Shown: positions 35,006 to 48,999, numbered from the stretch's first letter. The stretch: DNA of 64,000 bases from Amoebidium appalachense (GCA_963693365.1 CAVNZM010000008.1:1674001-1738000), one strand, 5' to 3'. Numbers and translations are program-made. Notes: generated by a model from the sequence alone, not told the origin.

Positions 35006-35753
35006 CCCCCCCCCCCCCCCCCGTATCTCTCTCTCCCTTGTTTCTGTGGGCACAGATATCTGTAGATCTGTGCACACCTGGCTCCCTTGCCTGATAAGAA
35101 CTTATTGTGTTTTTATTTCTGTTTGCTCTCCTCTGTTTATCTGAGAGGTAGCGTGATTGGCTAGCCTCACTCGTTGTCTTTCCTTTATTTCAAAATGGCC
35201 TAGTTTTGTTCTCAAAAGGATGGCTCGCCAATAGTCGCGAGCGAGTACATCTGTAGATTGTGTTGTGCATTCCTGTCTGTTAATATATGTGTCTTGTGAT
35301 TGGACAATAGATATATATGGAATTCGGTTTATTGCAAAGTGTCTTCACTTTGAGAGTGTCGACTATTAGGAAATATATGTATTTAAATAAGTTCCTTTAT
35401 AGGGACGAACATAAATATATATGTGAGTTAATAGTGACTAGATGTATAATTACTTAATTTATTTAAGTAAGAGTTTCTAAACTTTAGTTTAATCGAAAGT
35501 TGGAATGCGTATGCTCTGTCGGAATGTGTTTTTCTATCTTCTGATAGAACCGATTGGTTCTCCCTCTTTAGTTGTGATAAGGTGATAAGTCGCAAGTACA
35601 AAAGGAACCGAGAGCACAATAAAGAATCAGTTGTTGTTTGAAATCTTTCAATGTCTCGTGAACAACTCCGATTGCCCTCTCATTAATGTGTTAGTCGTGT
35701 TTTACATGACACCTCTGTGCACTCTGCTCCCTTAGACCCGTACAAAAGCAACA

Positions 35754-36543
35754 TGCGAGAGAGAGAGCACAAAGAAGGAAAACAGACACGAATACAAACA
35801 AGCTAGGACACATACATACTTCAAGGCTCTTGCTGTCATACATGGTGACGTATTCCAACAGTGCACACCTGGCTCTCTTGCCTGATAAGAACTTATTGTA
35901 TTTTATTTCTGTTTGCTCTCCTCTGTTTATCTGAGAGGTAGCGTGATTGGCTGGCCTCACTCGTTGTCTTTCCTTTATTTCAAAATGGCCTAGTTTTGTT
36001 CTCAAAAGGATGGCTCGCCAATAGTCGCGAGCGAGTACATCTGTAGATTGTGTTGTGCATTCCTGTCTATTAATATATGTGTGTTGTGATTGGACAATAG
36101 ATATATATGGAATTCGGTTTATTGCAAAGTGTCTTCACTTTGAGAGTGTCGACTATTAGGAAATATATGTATTTAAATAAGTTTCTTTATAGAGACGAAC
36201 ATAAATATATATGTGAGTTAATGGTGACTAGATGTATAATTACTTAATTTATTTAAGTAAGAGTTTCTAAACTTTAGTTTAATCGAAAGTTGGAATGCGT
36301 ATGCTCTGTCGGAATGTGTTTTTCTATCTTCTGATAGAACCGATTGGTTCTCCCTCTTTAGTTGTGATAAGGTGATAAGTCGCAAGTACAAAAGGAACCG
36401 AGAGCACAATAAAGAATCAGTTGTTGTTTGAAATCTTTCAATGTCTCGTGAACAACTCCGATTGCCCTCTCATTAATGTGTTAGTCGTGTTTTACATGAC
36501 ACCTCTGTGCACTCTGCTCCCTTAGACCCGTACAAAAACAACA
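35754..36543 (+). repeat. Rearranged second copy of the Copia A LTR
   Basis: 35757-35860 is the inverted first ~100 bp of the LTR. 35861-36543 is a direct copy of 35070-35753. Confidence 0.9.
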
Positions 36544-37598
36544 TGCACCCTTATGGAGGAGCACCCGTACCGGGCCGAGCAGGCCCCCCAGGTGACGGCG
36601 AGCAGCAGTACGACGAGGGGAGGGACGAGATGGTGTCCCGGACGCTCGGCCAGAAACGTCTGGCCGCACGGTTCATCCCCGACGACGAGGACGAGAACAG
36701 CACCGACGACGTGGACGGGGAGCTCGAGGCCTTCACACGGCCGGAAAACGAGCTCGAGTATACGGCCCGGCTCGTCGGCCGATACCTGACGGCCGACCGG
36801 CGCCGTACCTTCCGGGCCCAGCTACGAGAATGGAAGTATACCTTTCCCACTTTAGATATGTCCCCCGTAGAAGCTCGTGCATTCTTTGAGAGGGAATATC
36901 GGGTCTTTGAAGACCTTCGTGAGTTAGCTGGTGACGTGAGTGATAGGGAAAAGTTCGAGTTTGCTCGTAAGGCTCTCTCTGTAAACACAGACACTGCACG
37001 CATGTTTGGGGAGCATGATGATGTAGATGAGGTGGTGTTGCATGTTAAACGTCACTTGCTTGCCATGCACGAGGTGAAGTTCAATAAGAGGGATAAAAAG
37101 GAGGTGATGGAAGTAGACAAGAAAAAGAAGGAGAGTGGACAGAAGGGGGAAAAAGAGAAAAAAGAGGGTGAACAGCCAGATGCACTCACCATGTTGGTCA
37201 AGCAGGTTGCCGAGCTCTCCCAGGCCGTCTTCTCTGGCCGAGGGGGCTTCGGCTTCCGGGGTGGCCGTGGCGGCGACCGGGGTGGACACGGCGGTCGTGG
37301 GCGCGGTGGACGTGGAGGACAACAGCAGCAATTCACCGAGAGGTTTGCCCCTTATCTTGCTCGTGGTGGTGGGCAGGGTAGAGGGAGGGGTGGAAATGGT
37401 GGTGAGAGAGGCCGAGGGGGGCAGGGGGGAAGGGGGGGCCGTGGTGCACACGGTGGGCCCCCCCAGCATGACCGGGCTCCCGGTTATGCTTTGCGCCAAG
37501 GTTTTGAAGTCCCCCCTGGCCCCTTCTTTGGTGCATGTTACTTTTGTGGCCGGCAAAGGCACTCTGCTGCATATTGCCGTAGTTACAAGAGCTATTGA
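36544..37598 (+). pseudogene. gag: Gypsy-like gag, 5'-interrupted by the Copia A LTR
   Basis: Open frame with an RGG-rich tract and knuckle CYFCGRQRHSAAYC, followed by a protease ORF. Confidence 0.75.
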
Positions 37599-38334
37599 GT
37601 TCCGGGGGAGGGGGAAGCTGGGGTCACTGAGGGAGGGGGGGGGACAGTATCGGTCCCCCCCAGGTTGCAGAAAACCTTCACCCTCCCCCACCCCAGGTTA
37701 AGCTTCCCTTTGCCCCCTCACCGCCCCGATACGTGTGGGAGCCAGGCATCGTCGTGGGTCCTCAAGACAGCGTCGAGGTGGTATGGCATGAATGTTTGTG
37801 GGGTGACTCTACCAAAGGTATGAATGGTGTGAATGTTTTGTGGTTGGGGGAGGTTCCCCAGCCACAAGTGGATGGTCTCAGTGTTTCTTGTCCCAACCCG
37901 GTGTTTGTTCTAACCACACCGGAGGGGGTTTCTGTGCCATTGTTCCCGGGAAGGGGGGGGACACACACGAGTAAACTTTAAGGCCCTGGAAGGGGGGGGA
38001 AGGCACAGACACGTAGAAACACACCACCACAACAACATACGACGGTTGCAGACACACCTACACACACACACACACCCACACATACACCAAACACACACAC
38101 ACCACCCACACACACACCACACACACACACTCCTCCACCACCCACATCACATACACTCCCCACCCCACCCGTGCAGGCACCACAGGTAGGTATGTTGCAC
38201 GTAGGTATCGAGGGTGTGAGTCTCCGTGGGCAGGGATTGGGTGTGAGTGATGATGTGTTGCTTGAATTGGAGGAGGATTTAGTTGGTTTTAGCCGGCATT
38301 AAGTTATATAGACGTATGGTTAGCTGATGGTAAG

Positions 38335-38679
38335 TTGAAGGCTGTCGCTTTGCTCGATGGAGGGGCTCAGGTTAATTGTGTGCATGCTTCGTTTATTCGT
38401 CGTTTTAATCAGGCCGGGGGGGAAATTCCTATTTTAGATGCTTCTAGCACAGCCTTAGGTAGTGCTAATAATAGTAGTATGTCTGTGGAAGGTGTTTGTG
38501 TGTTGCCGTGTGAGATAGGTGGCCAGGCTATGCATATTGCTTGTTATGTGGTTAAGGATTTAGCTCAAAGTGTTTTGTTGGGAGCCCCATTTTTCCGTAG
38601 ACATGTGAATGCTTTGTTTGAACGTACGAATGTTTTAGAATTGCAGTCCGGCGTTAAAATTAAAACCCATGATGGGCTC
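38335..38679 (+). pseudogene. Gypsy-like aspartic protease fragment
   Basis: AVALLDGGAQVNCV...SVLLGAPFF; truncated at the junction with Copia C. Confidence 0.75.
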
Positions 38680-39474
38680 GACGGAATTTCCACATGGCCC
38701 GTTCAGGGTCCATGCCAATGCGGTACTGGGGAACGGTAGTGAGCACAGAAGGGTCAATGTTCTGGATCATATGAAGGAGGAGGCAGTTGCGGGCCTCCTT
38801 GAGTTCAGCAGCAGTACCGTAGCCGTAGAAGGGGGGTGCATCGTCAACCGCGACGGTGGTAGGGGGGACGTAGTTATCAGCGAGAACCGTTGAACATCCA
38901 CTAGTCTGACACCTTTGGTGCCGGTCATCATGCCGAGAAAGATGATTTCCCATTGAAAGTATGTGGTCTTTCTATCGGGACCAGTTTTGCCTTCACCTTT
39001 CCACATGGTGATTTTGTTTACGCCAGATTTGTTGGGATCCATGATTGAAAACGATCGCTAGTTGTAGGTGTGTATATGTAGCGTGCGCGGAAGCCCATAA
39101 CCTGTAAATTTATATAAGTATTTGGGACTGGGAAGTGAAGCAGAGACACGGTGGTGCAGTGTAAAAACACCACAGACACACAACAACAAAAACACGGAAC
39201 GATCGGAGCAGTGTACACAACAGACATCAATGTTTAGACACGACTAAACTAAATTTATTTCAATCTCGTATATATACTCGAATTTCCCTTAAGTCAAACC
39301 TATCCGTGATTTCCGACCAGTCGGAAATCAGATCTGTCTCTAAAAGAAACCAATCACTAAGTACTAATTGCTTTCAGAGAGACCCGGTACGCGGATATGT
39401 AGGCTACAGGATAGGGCACAGACACTAGCGAAGATCAACTTGTGTCATTATCGAGGGAGCGAGGGAAAGTTCTA

Positions 39475-40564
39475 CAGTATGCGTCCGCGCGTAACATACT
39501 CCGCGCCCAACATAACGTCGACGCCGATTTTCAAAAATCTTAACATACTGACCTCGGTCATTTTTCGGGATTATGTTAGCGCACCAAGGGGTCCTATACA
39601 TAGTAAGACGAATTATCGGGTTTATCTGGTCAGTTTAGACCCCCTATCTTTAGTATTTCGATCTCTTTCCCAGACAAAACAGTGGTTCGCCGTGATTTCA
39701 ACGACCGCCCAAAGCTCGGCAGGGCCAATGATAGGCGGCGGCCGCACATGGTATGCAAAGGACTCATGTGGCCGACTATGTCGATCAACGAGCAGAAACA
39801 TACGAAGGCCCCAACTAGTTCGAAGCAGTCTTGTATAGCTAGTTTTTACATCCTAGTCATATGCGGCAGGTTGAATGCATATTAAACCCACCGATCATGA
39901 CCAAGCCAGTAGTCCAGGTGCAGGCAGCTGCACTTGGGGCGTTGAATAGTGCACTGCACACAGTAAATGAGGCCACAGACAAGTTTCAGGAAACTACCCA
40001 AGAAGCCCAAGCAATCATTTCTGAGGGTTTTGTAAACGCAAACAACACAATCAACAACGCAACCACACGTGCAATTGCACAAGCCGAAACGGCAAAAGCA
40101 CAATTGCGCTCGCACATGAAGAGTTTAGAGAGCCGCAGAGCCCCCACACGCGCGGAATCGCTGAGTCTTTTCCGTGTGAGTTACGGTAATGGTTTGGAGC
40201 TTGATGAAACCCTGAATACGGATTTGTATGAGGCGAAGGGGGAGGGGTTGCCTCTTACTCGTGTAGGTGTGTGGTGCCAAATTCGTGGTGTGAGAGTAAG
40301 GTGTGAGGGAGCAGAAAGACTAGTACGTCCTTGTTTGTATGAGTTGTTTTGTGTGTGTGTGTGTGTGTGTGTGTGTTTCTTTTTTGGTTTGGTCCCCTTG
40401 AAAAAAATTAGTATGTTTTTATTATTATTTGAATCAATTACTTATTGATTTCCTCTATATTTACTTATTTAGCGGGTTGGGGAGCAGGGGGAGGGGGGGG
40501 GGGTGGGGGGGGGGGGGACTTGATGTACTAAATGCTAGACTTTCAAGTATTGATTTAGATTTAA

Positions 40565-40639
<75 letters not shown>

Positions 40640-41058
40640 CACACACACGGCACACACACACACACATAGGCTTTCACGCTTTCAGCTTCTTTTTTTTTTT
40701 TTTTCAAAGTTTTTTTTTCTTTTCCGAATTTCCCTTTTTTTTTTTTTCACCATCGCAAAAAGGAACTAGTATAAGTATTCTTTGTTTATTCATTCATTTG
40801 ATCAATTTATTATTTGTTTACTACTATATTTATGTCATTTAGCGGTTTGCGGATTCCCCGCCCGATGGAGAGGCCCAGTGTGGCCTCCTGGGCGGGGCGG
40901 GGGGCGGGGGGGGGGGGGGGGGGGGGGGGAGGGGGGGGGGGCCGGGGGGTAACATAATCGAGACGGGCTCTGGGAGCCTATTTTTAGATACTAATTAAAA
41001 TTTAACATAACGACCTCGACCCTTGTCGGGGCGGTATGTTATGCGTGGACGCATACTG
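39475..41058 (+). mobile_element. Non-autonomous Tc1/mariner-like element inserted in the Copia C LTR
   Basis: 25-bp TIR CAGTATGCGTCCRCGCRTAACATAC and TA duplication (39473-39474 / 41059-41060). Removal restores the LTR text GTTCTAACCTATGAC. Confidence 0.9.
39897..40448 (+). CDS. Hypothetical Ala/Gln/Thr-rich helical protein carried by the TIR element (true 3' end uncertain)
   Basis: MTKPVVQVQAAALGALNSALHTVNEATDKFQETTQEAQAII... is protein-like for ~125 aa, then runs into (TG)n. No DDE motif. Confidence 0.45.
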   Translation: MTKPVVQVQAAALGALNSALHTVNEATDKFQETTQEAQAIISEGFVNANNTINNATTRAIAQAETAKAQLRSHMKSLESRRAPTRAESLSLFRVSYGNGLELDETLNTDLYEAKGEGLPLTRVGVWCQIRGVRVRCEGAERLVRPCLYELFCVCVCVCVCFFFGLVPLKKISMFLLLFESITY

Positions 41059-42600
41059 TAACCTATGACACACTGCAAAGACTCAGCTACCACACTTAAC
41101 CTTGATGATTGGTTAAAGCACGGCAACACATGAAAACTAAAGTAAATTAATGAAGTCTGATCACACATGCCAGCCCAAGTGTAGGCTAAGTGTGTTACCG
41201 TCCAATCAACACATTAAGTAACACAAATCTACCTAACATATATTAGTAGAAAAGAAATACGATTATACACATGAAAACAAGGAGAGAAAGAGAAGAAAAT
41301 AGAGAAGGAGAAAGAGAAAGGAGAAGAGAGCACAGATCAACAAGCGAGATAGCAATAGTATAACTATAACTAAAGATATTTATGTACACACGAACATGTA
41401 CACGTCTCTCCCTGAGTGGGTGGATCCGTGTACACACATATTAATATTCTAATCGATATTGCAACACACGATTAAAGCCGATACAACACGATTACAAGTA
41501 TACAAGCATATCAGAGATCGATGCTACACTTTACATAATAGGAGTGTGACATTTATACTAAGCATATGAACTGAAACATAACACAAACTGAAAAGATCTT
41601 ACCTAATGTAAATAACTACGTACTACAACAGGGCGGCCAGAGGGGCGGGGGGCGCGGCGGCCACCGCGCTTGTTGTGCTGGAAACGCTGGGGCTTGGGTC
41701 CGGGTTCGGTCTGGGCACTAAAAGAGAAGGCCGGGTAGGTGCCAGGGGCAGAACCAGGGCGGCGGCGGTCGCGGTCACGGGGAGACGATCGGAGCGGTCA
41801 CCCTGTTGGGGGCGGCGGTCTTGGCTGCCCAAACATGGAAACTAACACGGGGGGGTTGCGTGGTTGGCTGGCGGCCACCCGGCACAGAACTGCAAGTGGC
41901 TGGGCGGTCACACTGAGTGCACGTGGGAGAAAGGATCTGGCTGCGAGAAACATCATGAGGATGATGTTTAGGTCATTAACTTTGGCCTGTGTCTCAGAAC
42001 TCTACGTGTGCGAAGGGCCTAATCCTGACGCTACTACCACTGAGGCAACTCTCTGGTGGGTGCTACGGTGTAGTTTTGTTTTGTAGATATGGGGTAGGCA
42101 GTGCTATTGGGTAGCATGTTAATGCCAAGTGCAAATGCTGGGGTGCTTGACTTGATACAAATATGCTACCTAGTTCAGAGTTGACAGGACCAAATTTCCC
42201 CGATTGTTGAGCCTATAGAGACCCCAAGATGATGCTATCTGTCTACACTATAGGGGTTTACACACTTTTTATTGCGTGGACACTGCCGGAGGCCCAGCCA
42301 CATTCGACGGCCTACTGCGTTTTCCAGCACAGCCAATCAAATGCAGCCAGTGACATATGTACATGCTAGGCAACAATGAGCGCCATCGTAGTATCATGAT
42401 GACACCCCTATTACATATTATGGATAAGCAGAGGCTAGCATCGGTAGCTCCGAAAGAAAGTTAAGGCACCGGATCACAATATCATACTGTGCAGCATTAA
42501 TAAGGTGATCTAGGATAGTCATCTTAAAACGGATATATTGAGGAAGAGAGGAAGAAACTTTGAATAAAACCGCCAATAACCTCCGGTTCTAATACATTAG

Positions 42601-43680
42601 CTAACAGGTTGCATTTATTGATAGATATGCAGCCGCGAGTAAACCGCCCCCCACACATATTACACATACGAGCAGGAGACACCAGAAACCGATTACACCG
42701 CCAATCATCTTTGCGTTTTTACACCACACCACATTACGAATAGGCGAATCTATGTATGAACGAGACTCTCTAACCGTATCCGCCATATAGGCTACTAGTA
42801 GTTGGTGTTTTTGCGGTCCTAACACCGGAAGGGACTCAACACGTAGAGTAAAAAGATATCTATCAGCCATAGACTTGAAACTTTTCATATTCACACTATG
42901 ATCTAGCCGTACCTCCGGTGGGGTCGCCAGCCATTCCACATAACGCTCGGCAATGGGCAGAGACGATGGGGAAGGGAAGAGGTAGAGGGGCGAGTCCGGC
43001 GGGGATGCGTGTAGCCGGAAGAGCGGGTGGTCCGGGGCACAAGTGGACAGGCGGGTGATGTGCTCGTGAAATTTAAGGGCTAATTCGTGTACGCATTGTG
43101 ATGGTGGTGTGAGTGCGTAGAGAGAATCAGAAAGGCGTCTAGGGATGGGTGTGGAAAGACCAGTGAGAAACGTACAACAAGTTGTGTAGTGGAAATCATC
43201 TATTGATTTGAGGAGATTAGTAAAAGTATCAGGGGGTGCCATAGCTAGTAAGGGCAACTCGTATTCAGACAAAGGGCGAATATATGTGCGAAATATACTA
43301 AGACGATTGTATAGGTGGACAGTATGAGAAAAAGTAGCCGCGATACACATCCCTAAATAACCGAAGACACCTGCCTGCACTCTCCACCCGACGGTCGATC
43401 ATCCGTTTGAAACATATGCCCCATTCGTCCACCGGAATCCCCATTGGCAAATACTTGTATTCGATTGGGCGAGGGAGGGGACTGCCGAAAATACAAACGT
43501 CGTCAGTGCCGGTATCGATTTTGATAAAAGCACACTTTTTGACATTAATCTTCATATCGTTGCGCTGGCACCAATGTTCAACCACACGAATGTATTGCCG
43601 TAGTTCGAGAGGATCGGATGACATAAGCACAATATCGTCGGCAAAAAAGAGGGCGTCTACACTATACGGAGATTCTACGG
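42601..43680 (-). pseudogene. 5'-truncated non-LTR (LINE) retrotransposon RT fragment
   Basis: ALFFADDIVLMS...WCQRNDMKINVKKC...YKYL.GI, then after a frameshift RLSIFRTYIRPLSEY. Confidence 0.88.
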
Positions 43681-44227
43681 TACAGTAAAAAAAAAGGGAG
43701 CTTAGGCAGACAAGAAAATCTTAGACTAAATGGGTTGTTATTCTTGGTGTTATCTTACACGTAAAAGAAAATGCTGCAAATATCTGCTAATGGCTAAACT
43801 TGAAAACGTTCAACCGCATTGTGACTCGTAAAAGCCTGGCCCAGGGTCAGCACAAACGACCCGCCTCATTAAGAGAGGTTTGAGCACAGAGAGCAGAGAA
43901 CCTGACGTGTGTGTCGAATCGAAGTGCACATGTGTGTGTTGGCAAGACCTAATTTATGCACACGGGATGCTATGTAGGGGGTTTACGTGTTTGTTAACTG
44001 TGTGGTGAGGGAAGTGAGGGAGGGAGGGAGGGGTAAATTAGGCAGGAGCACGAAAAGAACGTGGAAGGGAGCCGGCAGAGAGGGGGGGGGGGGGGGGGGA
44101 CAGGGCAGTGAAAGAGCTCTTTGACGCTTATTTTTGGGGAGGGATTTAACAAAACTATGTGCCCTGTAGAGCCTAACATCATCTAATTTTATCTGCATCA
44201 TATGTTAGTGTGTTCATGCGAGCGAAG

Positions 44228-44304
<77 letters not shown>

Positions 44305-44442
44305 TGTGTGTGTGTGTCTGTGTGTGTTTGTGTGTGTGTCTGTGTGTGTGTGTGCATGTGTGTGTACATGTGTGTGTGTGTGCGCGCGCGCTCGTGTGTA
44401 CATGTGTCTGTGTGTGTGTGTGTGTGTACATGTGTGTGTACA

Positions 44443-44536
<94 letters not shown>

Positions 44537-44707
44537 CACTGTGTGTGCGGATGTATCTGTGTTTGTACTGCGAATGTGTGTGTGTTCGCGTGTCCGTGTA
44601 CGTGCGTGGGTGTGTGCATGCGTGGGTGTGTGCGTGTGTGCGTGTGTGCGTGCGTGCGTGCGCGCGTGCGTGCGTGCGCGCGTGCGTGCGTGTGCGCGTG
44701 CGTGTGT

Positions 44708-44741
<34 letters not shown>

Positions 44742-45072
44742 GCGCGCGCGCGTGTGTGTGTGCGCGCACGTGTGTATAAAGCTGTGACGGTGTTTGTGTG
44801 TAGAGGGTGTGTGTGTGTGTGTGTCTACGTGTGTGTGTGTGCGTGTGTTCGCGTGTGTTCGCGTGTGCGTGCGTGTGCGTGCGTGTGCGTGTGTGCGTGT
44901 GTGTGCATACGTGTGTGTGTGTGTGCCACGTGTGTGTGTGTGCGTGTGTGTGTGTGTGCGTGTGTGTGCGTGTGTGTGCGTGTGTGTGTGCGTGTGTGTG
45001 TGTGTGTGTTAGTGTGTGTGTGTGTGTGATCGTTTTACGTGTGTGATGGGGTGGGATCATTTGGGCTGGCTG

Positions 45073-45114
<42 letters not shown>

Positions 45115-45237
45115 AGTTTCTCAGTTATTGATTTCAATGATTTTTCTTTTTTGGCAACGGTGGTGGTGGTAGTTGTGGGTGGTGGTGGTGGTGGGTTTTT
45201 TTTTTTTTTTTTTTTTTTTTTGGTGGGGGGGGGGAGG

Positions 45238-45274
<37 letters not shown>

Positions 45275-45295
45275 GGGGGTGAGGAGAGGGGGGGT

Positions 45296-45339
<44 letters not shown>

Positions 45340-45340
45340 C
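44228..45340. repeat. (TG)n/(CG)n microsatellite and homopolymer tract
   Basis: Directly visible in the sequence. Confidence 0.95.
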
Positions 45341-46890
45341 TGAAAGCTGCCGTGATCTTGATCTGGGAGCTCAACAACGGGCAAATGAGCGGTCTTCATT
45401 CCCCAATAGAGAGGGGTGGAGCGGACATGGAAAAGGGGATGGGGAAAGGAGGAGGGTGGGAGGGGGGAGGGGGTTGGGGGGAGCGGGAGGAGAGGGAGGG
45501 GGTGATGTAGGCTACACAAGAGTGGTTAGGAGATGAAACCCATGACCATGGCCATGTGCCATGGCAATCCCCAAAATCAGAACATTCGCAACTAAAAACA
45601 AAGTAGTCATAGAACCATACAAAGGCAAAATAAAGTGCGAGCAATACTATTTATGTGCCACCGCTTAGCTGCACCACTTTTGTCAAACATGTTGACACAG
45701 CATTCTCAAGAGGCCAGTCGTGAAAAAAATAGATGAAGACGAATGCGAGGGGTGCTGGTGCCCATTTTTGAAGGTGTTGTTGGGCCGTTTGGACAATCGG
45801 GGTCGAGCCGGATTGCTAGAACTGAGAAGCAGAAACATAAAACCAGATTATGATTTCGTAGATATATGATTAAATGATCTGAGAACTTAATTCAATTGAG
45901 TATACTGAAGAACATTGATGCAAGTAACATAGTTGGTTTGTTTTTTTTAATCCAAAAAGCTTTAAAAGTACATTTAATAGTTTTATTTGCTTAAGGACGC
46001 TAACAGGTACCTCAAGCTCGTAACCACTTCAAAAATAATTGTGACATCAAAATGGCAACATGAGTGCGAAGCATCTAATGGGTAACGTGATAGAAGAACC
46101 GGAAATTTGATATCAAGTTATGAATGCGTTGCGACCAATTATTCGGGCCATCGCGCGGCCCGATGGAAACATTCCACGGGCCCATAAAATCTGCCACCTG
46201 ATCAGTTTTCGTTAGTGACGTGTAGCAAGACAGAAAGAACGGAAACTGGGCTTTGCACTTTTTAGCTGGACGAAGCGTGCGCATCCCAGGTTCAATTTGT
46301 GGCACCGATTGGTGCTTTTGAAGGTAAGGGATGAGTGTGGTTGCGAGGGTTTTGCACCCTTAGTTGTGTGTTGCTTGTGCCTTTGTAGAAATGGGCTTTG
46401 TGCTAGGTTTGTGTCTGTGTCTCCTCCACTGGACTTACTGCTTGCGAGTTGTGGTTCGGGTGGTGAGGCCCGGAAAGGTGCGGGCATGGGTTGCGCGCGT
46501 GCGTGCGTGCGTACGTGAGTGGGTTCTCGCGTGTGTGCGTGTGTGCGTGTGCGTGTGCGTTTGTATGGATGTATGTGTGTGTGTGTGTGTGCGGGCGCGT
46601 GCTCGGGCGTATGCCTGTGTGCTTGTGTGCAGCTTGTGTGTGCATGTGCATGCGCTTTCTGTGTGCGCCTATGTATGCAGGTATGGGCGTGGGTGTATAT
46701 ACATGTGGTGTGTGTTTCTGTGTGTGCCTTTGTGTGCTGTGACTTGGAGTGGAGGTGCGTTACATTTTACGGTTTTGAGTTTTTGTACAAGTTTCAGGGT
46801 ACCCACCTCTATGCGTGCTTTCCTTTGCCAACCAATTCTTGACAGCCATGTTTCAGTCTCTAACTTTCTTGTTCACACAACAGAGCAAAG

Positions 46891-47984
46891 ATGTACAACG
46901 GCATCGGCCTTACGTCGGTGCGCGGATCTGGCACCAATGGCTATGTGCAGCGCAACTTCTCCGTTGTCAAGAAGAAGAAACAGCCCATAAACAGGGAGGA
47001 GGACCAGGCTCGCATGGACAAGCAGCTCATGCGCAAGCCAAACGCTGAGATTCTGGAACATGAGAGGAAGAGACAGATTGAGGCCAAGTGCTTGGAGCTG
47101 CAGGATGAGCTGGAAGAGAAGGGGTGGGTGGTTTACGTGTCTTTTGCTGAATGATGTCACGGTGTTGTGCTCTTTTATGTGGCGTGTCGGGTTGGTGAAT
47201 TTTATGCCACTTTAGACTTGCTTCCACCCACACCTTTCTAAAGGCCGGGTGTCTGTCACACCTCAACTGCGTGGTCTGAAGGGATTGCAAATCCTTGTTT
47301 TTCCATTTTTTTTGTCCGTTTTGTCCTTCCTGTGCTGATGTTTCGTGGTTGCAGGCTGCCAGAGGACGAAGTGGAGGCAAAGGTGTCGGCCCTGCGTACC
47401 CGCCTGCTGGAGCAGACAAAAGAGGCCGTCAAGCGGAAAAAGTGGGTGGGAGAGGGGGGGGGGGGGGGGGGGGGGGGGGGGCTTTATGTCGGGATGGAGT
47501 GTGTGTGCGTGTGTGTGTGTCTAGGGGGGGGGGGAGGGGGGGGGAGGGGTCGTGATATTTCTCTCCTGTTTTCTCTCTGTCGGCGTAAGTAAGTGTGTGT
47601 GGTTGGGTGGGGAGGAGGTGTGTGTGTGCTTTTGTGAGGGTGCTGGGGGTTCTTGTGTGTGTGCGCGCGCAGGGGGGGGGAGGGGGAGGGGAGGGGGTTT
47701 GGATAGGTGGAGGGGATGGAGCTGTTGGATTTCTGGAGGGGATAGGGGTTCGGTGGAGAAGACAAAGGTGGGGCAAGGATTTATAGTATGGGGTTGCTGC
47801 TTCTGCAAGTGATAGGCAAGGGACACAGGTTCCTTGTTTTCCTGTTTTGTTTTCTTTTTCTTTTTTTTTAGGCTCTTGGTTTCGGTTTGTTATTCTTGCT
47901 TCGATTGGAGAAAATAATTGGGGAGGGGGGGGGAACCGGAGTGTTGGGGGAGTGGATGGGTGGGTGTGAGTGTGTGTGTGTGTG

Positions 47985-48022
<38 letters not shown>

Positions 48023-48968
48023 ATGAGGAGGGTCAAAGAGCGGAGAGAGGCTGTAGCTTGCAAGAACAGGCTGCTCTATTACTACTTAGCCAAAGGGAGA
48101 GAGAATGGATTTGGGTTGGGAGTAAGACGGTGCAGCCTTTCCAACGTGCACTTGCTTTATGCAGTGGCTAATGAAGACAGCATTTATTATGAGGATATAA
48201 GCATGTAGCCAAGATATATTAGCCGTAGCTGAAATTTTGACGTGTCTGTTCTTGTTTGCCACGTTGTCTAACCAAGCTATGCTTTTGCAGTGAGACACAC
48301 CAGCTAGCAGCAGAGAACGAGGCCAAAAACAACCGCATGCGAGGTGCACTGAGGCTGGAGGAGGGCTATGTGGAGGGCAGTGCCTTCGACAGGGACCTGC
48401 AGGAGCAGAAGCGATTGGAGAGGAAGGTGTGTGCCTGATCCCCCTGACATCTTTTTCTTCCCCCCCCCCCCCAACCACACCTCTCCCCACCCCACCACAC
48501 CCTTCCCCCACAAACACAAACGCACAGCGTCCCCCCTTGGGCCCTCCCTGAGGATGGGCTCTGCTTATGACGCATACTGTGCGCATGGCTGATGCTGCAT
48601 ACTTGAATGTTTGCCTTTGCATGTGTCCTGCACCATGCTTCTCATCGTGTATGCGTACTTCGTACTGTGTTCCGCATTCAAAACCCCCTCCCTCCCCCCC
48701 CCCCCTTCCCCCCCCCCCCCTTTCGTTCCTGTTACTCCTATGCATTTCCGCGACACACATTGAAACACACGCAGATGCATGTACACAAGTGCCCGCACTC
48801 ACGGCGCACATACGCACGCGCGCGCACACACACACACACACATACACACGAACATGTGCACTTGCGCACACACGTACACACACTGACACGTGCACACGAC
48901 CGTCACAGGCATGTGCACTGGTGCACCACCTTGCATGTGCTTCTGTTAGGACGGTTAGCCTGTGAACT

Positions 48969-48999
<31 letters not shown>

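Larger units (their letters stand above)
22254..35753 (+). mobile_element. Copia element A (5' LTR truncated; interrupted by Copia B)
   Basis: 5' LTR remnant 22254-22390 matches the end of the 3' LTR 34820-35753 (TGTTG...CAACA). PBS GGTTAAAAGGCCCA at 22391; PPT GAGTGGGGA before 34820. Confidence 0.92.
38680..41630 (-). mobile_element. Copia C: truncated relative of Copia B (5' LTR plus frameshifted gag start)
   Basis: LTR 39103-39474 + 41061-41630 (long variant). PBS GGTTATGGGCTTCC. gag MDPNK...MWKGEGKTGPD...MDPERAMWKFR is homologous to B. Confidence 0.9.

Noticed and set aside
41631-42100. GC-rich minus-strand frame as a gene or ORF1
   Set aside because: Short, truncated by the LTR and without a recognisable motif.
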